Shown piece by piece: positions 12,646-22,754 of a stretch of DNA of 64,000 bases. This DNA is from Cladosporium halotolerans (lineage: Eukaryota): contig NW_027191453.1 in NCBI RefSeq assembly GCF_011745625.1, positions 744,001 to 808,000 on the forward strand, written 5' to 3'. The notes under the pieces were generated by a model. That model ran no database searches and was not told where the DNA came from. It saw only the letters and a program-made list of their open reading frames with translations. Position numbers and translations under genes: made by a program. Position 1 is the first letter of the stretch, and each line of letters opens with the position of its first letter.

Positions 12646-13754
12646 AGAAGTAAATCGATGTTATTCGATGAGGGAGGAGCGCACCTTGTCGTACTAGTCC
12701 CGTTGACAAAAGGGAAGAGCAGCGGAGCACTCGAGAGAAAACCCCGAGTGAAACGGTGCGCTTTGGGGACTTTCACTTACGTTTGGCTGGCGAGTTCACT
12801 TACGTTTCGGCTGAATCGGGAAAGAGCGGAGGGTCGTGCCTTCCACTTTGGGAGCAAGTGTGAGTGAAGTGAGGTTGGATTTGTGAAATGTTGGCGTCGA
12901 CGAGAGAGGAGCGACTGCTGCACGGCTTCTGCACCGCAGCGTCGGGATAACACCCATGGTCTCGACACTTTGCAGGCGCTTTTTGAAGTACGGCCAGAAA
13001 ATATCGGTTGTCGAGAGCGAATGAAAAATACACGCCAAAAGGTGGTAGGAGAGCTTTCCGGAAAACCTTTCCTCTCACTGAAATTTCGCAAAACGATACT
13101 GCCCCACTACCACCCATTCATTTCAATCATTGAAGTTTCACAGTCCCATCTTGTCAGCCTCAAACCCTGCGCCCCCACGAACTTATTACGGACGATCAAT
13201 CCAGCCCGTACCGCCGTCCTCACGCCTCACCAACCCAAGCGGAATCTCTCCACCCAAAGCAAAAAGACGTGATTCCCAATTCCTCCTCCGAGAAGCTAAC
13301 TACTCCTCAAGATCGCCAGCTCGGAAGTCCCTGGGCGCAAGTACTGAGGTGTTATTAATCTCCATTCTTCTACAGTACCCTACGTCCCGCACACGCTTTA
13401 CCTATCCTACTGCGGGCCCGGCGGGAGCTCAGCACTCACCTGTGCACAGCAAAGCAGGACCGTCCCCGTTACCTTCGTTGCAGAAACCGCAGGCGCTAGA
13501 ACAAAATAAAACAAAGCAAAAACAAAAACCAAACGAGGCCGAGGAATCAAGGGGTTGAAGTCGAGATCGATGTTGTGAGGCTCCCTCGATGTATCAAGGA
13601 CCAAAACAAGAACCCTGAGGTCTCATTCTTGTTTTCTGCGCAACGGGACAAATAATGGCAAGAATTGAAAGGTTCCTTTGACTCGTGTCCGATTTGTGAA
13701 AATGCTCTTCATTCCTTGATTTCTCTCGTTCTTTGCTTTCCTTTGCCTGATTTT

Positions 13755-13796
13755 TCTCTCTCTCTCACACACACACACACACTCTCTCTCTCTCTC
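13755..13796. repeat. Compound microsatellite (CT)n(CA)n(CT)n
   Basis: Directly visible; (CTCG)n also at about 13861-13878. Confidence 0.9.
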
Positions 13797-14020
13797 GTAT
13801 TCTTCTCATACTCATTAACAGTCAGAAAGGCCCAGTTGGATCGCCGGGCGCGGGGGTAATCGCTCGCTCGCTCGCTCGCACAATCCATGTATCGTCAGAA
13901 AAAAGGTCATCAGGGAAAACCCTCACCCCATCTCAGTTCTTCCTTGCGCGTGTACCACCCAAATCCGCCCTCACCATCTCCATCAATCGGGAAACTCAAC
14001 TCAAACCCTCCATCTCGCTC

Positions 14021-15946
14021 TCACTCCGACCTCCTCACGACAAAAACCGCAACCTCGACGCCCTTCTTCGGCTCGCAGCCAACATCGTACGGTCTCGTCT
14101 CGACGTCCTTCAGCAGCTTCTGCCAAAGCTCCGTGGCCGAGGGCGGGCGGTCGACGTGGCGATTGCTACTCTTCGTCTGGGCCTCCTGGGCGGTGCGCAT
14201 GACGGCCTCGGTGACGCGGGTCTTCTCCTGCTTGGTCCACCAGTCCTTGGCCCAGGCCTGGCGGCAGAGGGGGACGCGCTTGGTGGACGAGTGGACGAGG
14301 GAGAAGTGGGCGCGCGAGCCGTGGAAGCGGGCCATGGTGGAGGAGCGCTGGGTGAGGTGGGCGCAGAGGGCGACGGTTTTGCGCTCGAGCTCGGCGTGGT
14401 CGAGGAGTTGGGCGACGGCGGGCATGGAGCCGAGGGTCAGGCAGAGCTCGGAGGAGAGGCCGTGGGCGGTGACGGTTGAGCGGAGCACAGGGTCGAGGAT
14501 GGGCGAGAGGTATTCGTGCATGAAGGTCTGGGCGCCGGTGCGGGTCGGGTAGATGAAGACGAGGCTGCCGTTGCGCGGCGACAGTTCGACGAGTCGGTCT
14601 ATGAGGATCGAAGGGCCGTCGACGCTGAACATGTCTTTGAACTCACGATGGCTCGAAGGCGGGATGTAGCGTTCCACTATTGAGACGTCGATGGAAGACG
14701 GCGGTACCACGGGTCGCGGTGATCGAGGTAATGATGACAGGTCTTGCTGATAGTCCGTAATCGGGACTGCACTGCCAAAAACTTTCTGCGTGAAATAATC
14801 GTCGCCGCCGATCGGCGGACCGGGTGTGTTCGGTGGTGATGTGGGGAGCTCCTCCAAATTGAAGCGACCCGGAATCGCATGGAAAACATTGATCCAAATT
14901 GTGGGACTGGCAGGTGTCGAGTCGTGAATCGCCTCGATAATGCTAGTATATGCATGCCCTGTGTTGGACGGACTAGGGAGTGCGTGCGACAGGACTCTCA
15001 GCAACGGATTAGGAACTGGCGATGTTCTCAGATTCAATACTGCAGAACTGTTAGCCCAATCTTTACTGTCCTGAATGATCGACTGACAGATCGTTTGCAC
15101 GGCGCCTTCAAGCCATGCTTTGTCCTCTGGAAGCGAAGGCGTGCTTAACGACACATTCTGCATTGCACCGCTGGCCTCTTTCACGGACTGCTCCATCGAA
15201 TCACTCTGGACCGGTGTGGCGCCCGTTTCAGTGTCGGGTGAATCCATCGCCGCCGTGATCAGCGCAGGCCGCCAGTTCGGCTCTCCCGTCTCAGCCGGAG
15301 GCGTGAGCGTGTGTACATAATGGTGGAGCGGCACATGTGGCGAATGCGCGCAAGCTCCGGGCGATTGAACGCGGACGACATCGTTCGCGCGTCCAGCATC
15401 CGACGCACAGGAAGTGACATCTTCGATCAGCCCAGGATCAGAACGCGAGCGCAATCCTCCACTAAAGGCACGCTCGCGCGCTGCGCCTGCTGCTGCGCTA
15501 TCAGGACCTGGCAGGCAAAGATCGTGAGGAAAAGGGGAGGCTATGCCTAAAGCCTCGAAGCAGGGCAATCGAAGACCGGGTCCCGGCTTTGCCACGACGC
15601 GCTGTGGTGGTGCATCGTTGTGGACAGGAGCGAGAGCGCCGCCGGCGATGATGTCCATATCGGTGCGGTGATTGAGTTCGTTGTCGGCATGCCGCTCTGC
15701 CGGCGGAGTCATGACAATTGCCTGTTTCGGAGCAGCCGGCTCTGAGGGAAGGATGGCGGAGGAGGCGGAAGAGGAAGCATAGGGACTCCACGGACCGGGA
15801 GTGGCGGCGGCGGTCAGGGTGCGTTGCAGGGTGGGAGAGTCTAGGGAGGCATTGCTGCTGAGAGCGGGCGAGGGAATGGCCCTGAGCTGGTGCGGGAAGA
15901 AGGCATTCTGGGCATCAGCTTTCGATGCCTCACCAGCAGGCCCCAT
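14021..15946 (-). CDS. Hypothetical protein, apparently of a conserved fungal type; intron 15040-15087; start uncertain
   Basis: Long ORF with a Pro/Ser-rich N-half and a globular-looking C-half ('LPTSPPNTPG', 'VERYIPPSS', 'LIDRLVELSP..GSLVFIYPT'). First ATG at 15946. Confidence 0.75.
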   Translation of the reverse strand: MGPAGEASKADAQNAFFPHQLRAIPSPALSSNASLDSPTLQRTLTAAATPGPWSPYASSSASSAILPSEPAAPKQAIVMTPPAERHADNELNHRTDMDIIAGGALAPVHNDAPPQRVVAKPGPGLRLPCFEALGIASPFPHDLCLPGPDSAAAGAARERAFSGGLRSRSDPGLIEDVTSCASDAGRANDVVRVQSPGACAHSPHVPLHHYVHTLTPPAETGEPNWRPALITAAMDSPDTETGATPVQSDSMEQSVKEASGAMQNVSLSTPSLPEDKAWLEGAVQTICQSIIQDSKDWANSSAVLNLRTSPVPNPLLRVLSHALPSPSNTGHAYTSIIEAIHDSTPASPTIWINVFHAIPGRFNLEELPTSPPNTPGPPIGGDDYFTQKVFGSAVPITDYQQDLSSLPRSPRPVVPPSSIDVSIVERYIPPSSHREFKDMFSVDGPSILIDRLVELSPRNGSLVFIYPTRTGAQTFMHEYLSPILDPVLRSTVTAHGLSSELCLTLGSMPAVAQLLDHAELERKTVALCAHLTQRSSTMARFHGSRAHFSLVHSSTKRVPLCRQAWAKDWWTKQEKTRVTEAVMRTAQEAQTKSSNRHVDRPPSATELWQKLLKDVETRPYDVGCEPKKGVEVAVFVVRRSE

Positions 15947-16099
15947 GTAAGGAGGGCCCGGGGCGGTTTGGCCGGTGGCAGCGGACGAGCCTTCCGACCC
16001 AACGGACAGGTAAGGGAGGAGGTTCCAGCAGCTGGCGCGGCAGGCGCTGGAGTCGCGGCTGCGGCGGTGGGTGAAGAGCGGTGCCGGGCGGTTGCGCAG

Positions 16100-16810
16100 A
16101 CGAGGCGAGGCGAGGCGAGGCGAGCAGGCGAGGTGCAGGCAAACAATAGGCAGGCGGGAGTCTGCAGCGGATGCGCGCGGGAGGATGGAACGGCGGCGGG
16201 CAGGCGGTCGTGGTTTGGAGAAAGATCGGCGGGGGGAGGAGTGGAAGAGTGGGCGGGCGGGCTGATGAGGTGCGCTGGACGCTGGCAGCAGCAGGAACAG
16301 CAAGAGCAGCTGCGGGTTCGGGGCAGGCGCGACCCAGACGGCGGACGACGGTCAGACAAGCAAGCAGGCGCGCGGGCAGTCAGGCAGGCGGGCAGTCAGG
16401 CACGCAGACACGCAGGCAAGTGAGTAAGCAAGCAGCAGGCAAGCGACGGGCTGCTGCTGCGGTGAGCAAGCAACGGGCAGGGCAGCGAGAGGCGCGCTGG
16501 CACACGGAGGGCGGCGGAGATCACGAGGCGGCGGCGACGACGGCGAGACGGTGGTGGTGGTGCTGCTGACGGGGCCGGTGCCGGGGCTGGTGGTGCTGGC
16601 GGCACGTGTCGAGAGGAGAGCAGTGGGAGCGAGCGAGCGAGCGGCGGCGGCAGCAGCAGCAGCGACAGCGAGAGAGAATGTGCAGCTGCGGTCGTCGGCT
16701 ACTGGCGGTGGGACGGGCAGGCAGACCGGCGGACAGTCAGACAGACAGACAGACTGACAGACACGAGACCGAACGCGAGATTCCACCGGACAGACACAGA
16801 CACACCGACG
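16100..16810. repeat. Low-complexity and short tandem repeats (GGCGA)n, (GGCA)n, (GACA)n in a long upstream/5'UTR region
   Basis: Visible runs at about 16104-16123, 16375-16400 and 16730-16762. Confidence 0.7.
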
Positions 16811-19211
16811 GACAGGCGTAGTCCCGCGGCGGCGCTGGGCAGAGGACGGACGCTTGGAAGGGCTGTGGAGGCCTGACAGCGACAAGGCGAGGGCTGGAAG
16901 GATGGGAGTTGCTCTGAGGTAACCTGCTACCGCCTCACGTCGCCGACGCTGCAGTGGGCTGTGGGCAGTGGTGCGTGGGAAGAATCGGCGGTGTTCTAGG
17001 CCCGCGACTGCTCAGGCGCTGTGCTGCCCGGCGCCACCGTGAGAGCGGTACCGCCGCCCTGCCTGTCACCCAAACCCTCGCCCTCGCCCTCGCAACTCTC
17101 AGCTGCCCTGCCCTGCCCTGCCCTTGTCCCGCCCTGGGTGCTTTGCAAGGCTTCGTCGCCTCCAGCCTGCGCTCGCGTGTGTGCGAGATCGCCGTCTCCC
17201 CGTAGTGTGTCTGTAGCGCCCCACGCACAGCCCACCGCCGTGCATGTGCACCGCCCGACTGCTGGCGACGAGGCGTGTTGAGACGAGCCGGCACGCTGCA
17301 ACTAGAACAGACCAGCATCCCCCGTCAGCCCGACGGCACCTTTATTGCAGAGCCCGCCTCTCCACACCCGCGCGCCATGTCTGATTCGTCCAGGGCCGGT
17401 CTCCCCAATCATCTCCATCCTCACACTCATACAGTAAGGTACCTCCCAGTCACGGCAGAGCATTCACCCCCACCGGCCGCAACTCCGCTGAGATACGCGA
17501 ATAATCAACCACAGTGAACCGACACTCGAGCTCGCCCACCAAGCAGGCGTCCGTCCGACGCATCGGTCAATTCTGCCTGAAACCAACCAGCCAACCCACC
17601 AAAAACCCCACGAAACATCCCGCCCACGCCCGGACGGTAATGTATGTACTGTAAGCACACGCAAACATCTGCACACACGCCTGCATAAAGGCAAGGTACC
17701 TACCTTATCTACATGGAGTAAACACCGACCGGCGGCGGCACATGCAAGCCGCAAGCAAGCAAGCCCGGCCCGGCCGCCAGTCCGAAGCGGCAAGGCAGAG
17801 CCGTTTTTCGCGCGAGCGAGCGAAGCGAATCCTTCTTCCTTGCACCTTCGCGTCGTCGCGAGACCCTTGTCCCGCAGCCCCCACTCGCATCTCCCGTCTG
17901 ATTGCTCCACCAAAAAAAATGGGCGACGCGAGCGAGCATGCAGACGCAAACAACCCCTCCATCGCCGTCTCCGTCTCCGTCTTCTTCTACCCGGTTTTCT
18001 TCAAGGGCTACTATCGGGGCCAGTGGAGCACACGAGCGAAAAATATCTTCGTGGCCTAATGGTAATAGTAGTACCACGCACCCACGCCCGCTTGCGCCAA
18101 ATACGATCCCCCCCAAAAGCACGGACGGATTCCGCGCGCGGGCAGGCAGGCAGGCAGGAGCGCGTGCCCAGGGCCGTTCTGAAACGCCGCCTGCAGCCAA
18201 GCGAACGAAAGCTTGCGTTCTACACGAGGCGCGCCCGGCGCGGTCCTTGCATTATTGTTGTTGTTGTATTCGTGCTACGCTTTGGAGCGAAGCTTGTTGT
18301 GGGTTTCCGGCACTGGCGCCTGCTACGGTTCTGGGGACTGGTGATTTTAGATACCTTATCACATGGGAAGGTTTGCGACTATGAGTCTACGAAATTGGTA
18401 GAGGCATAGCAAAAGTATATACGACTGGCGAGAGTGGCGTGAAAGCTGCGTGGCTTCGTGGGCCGACTGCTACCCGGGCTCGTGAGCGCGGCGGGACTGA
18501 TTCTGATCTCGTGAGTTTGATTGAGTGTATGGCGACGCGGGTGTCTTGCTATCAGCTGTGGCGTGCTTGTTGATAGGTGGGTAAGGTATTCTCTGGTACG
18601 GGCAAGGTGTGACTTTGATCGTTGCTCCGAGGCAACACATCGATCCTCCTGGTTGACAGGTACCTGGCACCCAATCTTCAAGTAACATTTCTCTCTCCTG
18701 AGCATTTCACTCTTTCACTCCTTCTCGTCGGTCCAGATCTCGCGGGCGTCCTGTCCCAACTTGATGATGTGCACTCGCCATCTCCAGATCCCGCTCTCCG
18801 CTGCAAGGCGCAAAGCCTCAGCTTTTCCTTGTTTCCGCTCCTCGTGTCGGAAATAGGCAGTACATGAGAATGCTCCGGCTACCGAGACATCTCAGAAAGC
18901 CATACCTCTGGTACGCGCCTCGCGACATGGCACATCGAGGGTGGGGGAATTTAGCAAAAGAAGCCAAAAAAGCAGCATGTGCGAAGACCGCAGCCCGCCT
19001 GCATAGACTTTAAGCCAGTCGCGGGACCAGGACAAACCATCCCCCGTCGGTCGGAAAGTGGCCTCCAGAGCGACCGACGAGCCATCTCTCCCCGCAGCGT
19101 CCGCCGAAGGATACACCAGAGGCGCGGAAGGCAGCAGGTAGGTAGGTACGGCCCATCCCTCCCATCAATCAATCCCTCAATCCCAATCCCAAATCCAAAC
19201 CCAAACCCGCC

Positions 19212-21333
19212 TCACCCCCCAACCAACGGACTCCACCCCACATCCTGCGCCCGGCCCCCGTCAATCAACACCTCCAGATCCGTCGCGACCGACTCCGACC
19301 TCGCATGGCCCGGCCTCGCCGCCCGCCTCCCCTCGAGCTCCCCCCAAAATGCCCCCCTGTCCGCCGCGACCGGCGTGCCCGCCTCGCGCTCCTCGGCAAT
19401 CATGTCGCCGATCGAAAGCCGCTTCGAAGCGCCGAACGAGGCCGGGCCGGCGTAGGTCGCGCGCTTGGGCGCTTTGGCTGTCGCGGTTGTGTTTGAGCGG
19501 GAGAGGGATGAGGCTGCGGAGGGGGCGGGGAGGAGCTGGGCGGAGAGGGCGCGGCGGCGGGGCTGGGCGGGGGAGAGGGAGGTGGATTGGGATTTGGTGA
19601 GGAGGAGGGTGGGGAAGCCGCTTATGGGGTGTTGTTCGGGCTCGCTGGTGGAGGCGGGCGGGGAGAGAGTGAGGGTCAGGGAGGTGGGGCGCGCGGCGTC
19701 GTAGATGGGGATGGAGATGGAGGGGAGGGCGAAGATGCCGCGGGTCGCCATGACGCGGAGTTTGTCGCGGGTCAGCTTGATGGTCTTCGCGCGGTACTTG
19801 CTGCTCGCGTCGGGCTTGATGAGGAAGTAGGGCTCGAAGGTGTCTGTGGCGCGGGACTGGAGGATCTGGCCCAGCGCGCGCAGCTGGTCGCTGCCGTATT
19901 TGAAGCGGCAGGCGATGGTGCCGGTGAAGACTTGCTCGCCTTGCTCGTCGGTGACGGTGGCGCGGGAGTCGAGGTAGAAGGACGAGGCGACGAGTTGGTG
20001 CGCGATCGTGCGGTAGGTGGCGAGCATTTCGGGGGTTTGGAGGGATTTTTGGACGTTGGCTTGGAGGGAGTCGATGTCGTGCTTGCTGTCGGGGGCTGGT
20101 GGTGCTCTTCCGAGATCGGGGTTGAGACGGACGTAGCGTTTCGCTGTCTCCTCGGATTCGTCGCGCTCGATCTTTCCTCTGAACTTCGTCCAAGCGAACT
20201 CGGTGTCGATGATTTCTTCTTCTCTGCGCATAGACCACCTTCTAGACATGCGTCTTGATAGCCGCACCGAGTCGCGGCGAGAGCGATTGGCCTCGTCACT
20301 GTCGTTAGTGGAAGTCCGCCGCAATACTTCTTGCTTCTCCTGGCCTGTGCCGATGGAGAGAAAGATATCTGGGTCCTCTACATCCGGCCAGAGAAGCTGT
20401 CTTTCTTGCTCGGCCATAGAAGCGGGATCGCTAGATTTGACACCACCGTCGCAATAAGTCTTGCCGTCCTTCTCGAAAGGCTGGTGGTAGGCGGGATCTG
20501 CTATAGCTGCTGCAACAGCCTCCCATATTCTGAGCTCGGGATCCTGAATATGTGTCTCTTCGTCCAAAGTAGTCGTTGATCGTCGGTAGTTGGATAGGAG
20601 AAAAGCTTCCTGCCCAGGGCCGCTTGAAGATACAACGGCGACACGATTCGTCGTGTTGAAACTCCTCCGTGAATATAGTAAGCTTTCTTTCTCGCCAAAT
20701 ACTCCTTTCAGCGCATCATGCAGCGGCTTGGGCTTATACCGCTCCCCAGTCCCAAGTGCAGCAGTGATGGATTTGACACCGGGAACAGCCTTCAACTTCG
20801 GTTTGAAAGCGCGATCGCAGATGGTCTTAAACTCGTCGATGCACGAGTCGACAGTCCGGCCCCGCAGGGACATGGTCATGGCAAGCAAACCACCAAAACC
20901 AGTGCCGACGATGAGGTCAAAGAAAGCTTGGATGGCGATGTGGTCGCCTAGAGCGCGCTCAATGCCGCGCAGCACTTCGAGCTGTACGATGCCTCGGATT
21001 CCGCCACCGTCAAGACATAGCACGCGAGGGTTTGCGCCGGCGGGTATGGGTTGGAGGACTCCAGGTTGTGACCTCTTGACGCTTTTATGGCGCGACACCA
21101 AGCCATTGCTACAGCGAGTGGCGTCAGTAAAAGGTTTCGGTAGGCAATCGCAAGTCCACCGCGCCACCAAGGACGAAAGAGACATACCTGCTCTGAGAAA
21201 TGCCACGCTCTCGCTTGCGCTGGCTTTCTATGCTCTTTTCGCGCGCATCGTACTCGTCTCTCACCACGTCGCTCGCGCTCGTCTGGTCCAAGTCTGCGAC
21301 CTTGACATCTTTCGCTGAGTCGGCGCGGGACAT
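19212..21333 (-). CDS. Patatin-like (FabD/lysophospholipase-like) protein, probably catalytically inactive; intron 21109-21187
   Basis: 'RVLCLDGGGIRG', 'FDLIVGTGFGG', 'YCDGG', 'FLSIGTG', 'YVRLNP'. Exon 1 'MSRADSAK...' joins via GTATGT...CTGTAG. Confidence 0.85.
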
Positions 21334-22754
21334 CCTGCCGCTTCTTCTGTTATGGCGCAATCGCACCCCAAAGGAAGATCCAGAGACACCAGTCCTCTCA
21401 ACCCAGCAAGTGTCCTCGAGAGTAGTCCGAGAAAGTCCCCTAGATGAGTCGCAAAAACCAGTCAATCCTTCACTGAGAAGAAAGTGGGGCTCAGGACGCA
21501 ATTCACAATTAATGCCAGTAGATCACCCAGGGCTAACAAAAAGCCCGAAGCGAGAAGACGACGGAGTGACAGTAGTTTATTCGAAGAGCAAAAGTCAAAG
21601 ACCCAGTCCTCCGCACGACCGACTCGAGAAACAGTGGAAATGAGGAGCCGCCTGCAGGGCCGCACAGATGATGATCTCGGTGGCCTGCCGGTCTGCTGCG
21701 GCCTGCGGCGACCTGGAAGGGCCCCTTCCACACTTCTGCAGGGTACTGCCTTCCACCCGCCTTCGGGAGTCGCCCTGGCCGGTACGGTACATTTGTTTTG
21801 CGGGACAGGATTCGAGCGCGCGATATGCCCGATGATGATGCGCGTTTCCGCCGACCTACCTGCCCGTCACTTCACCATCTTCGTCCTCTTCATCTCGTCC
21901 TCGACTCCTGCACACTCGACCCAATCCCCTCGAGTCCTCTCCGCCGAGCCGATCTCGCCCTCCCATGTTTCGCATCGCAAGCCCGCAGCAGCCTCGCCCG
22001 CCGAGCCGCTCGCCTACCACCGGCCCCTAGCGCGCCTCTAGCGGCACTCGCAACACACCTCAAGCAGCGCGGCAGCAAGATCGCGCCTCGATCTCCTCCC
22101 ATCCCTACGAGACATGCCCAGCTTGCATTTCAAATCCCACCCAGAATAGCCCGTCGAGGACGTCAGACTGTCTCTCCCAACGCCTCCTGAGAAACTGTCG
22201 CCGGGAATAGCACAGCCGCGCTGAAACCAGCAGCCAGCCGTGTTTCTTCCATGCGGCTCTCGCCGAAATTGGGTTGCGATTGCGCCGGCTAGTGCGTATG
22301 GGGTAGCCGCAAGGCCCCCTGCTAGCGCGGCCGTTGCAGCACGAGGGCCGGGACCCTGGGGATTGCCGGCCGCGCAGCCTTGTTGTTTTGGGTATGCGGT
22401 GGCGGTACGCGCGGGTGTTGTTGGTGTTGCTGTTGCACGGCGGCGGGAGGGGGCTGGCTGTGGCGGGCGGGAGGATGGAGAAGGTTATTGGGACTTCGTT
22501 GTGGTGGGCGGAAGCTTTGGAAGGGAGGGTTGGAGAAGTGAACCTGGGAGAGAAATGTTGACGCCTCTGTAGGGCGAAACCTTGTGATTCACCATCGCGC
22601 GATCTGTCCAGCCTTGCGCTGCTCTTTACGGACTTGCACTCCGCTGTGTATGTATGTACTGAAAGCCGGCCAGTTTCCAATTGAGCGCCGCCGAAAAAAA
22701 AAAAAGAACCATTACGAAAGTCGTATCACGTGCCAGTAAGAATCGAAGAACACC

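Noticed and set aside
12765..12774. GAAAGTCCCC on the minus strand, resembling an RNase MRP conserved region
   Set aside because: No partner 3' conserved region found, and the tRNA lies about 120 nt downstream.
16300..19150. Overlapping Arg/Ala/Pro-rich ORFs
   Set aside because: Low-complexity GC-rich sequence; no coherent gene model.
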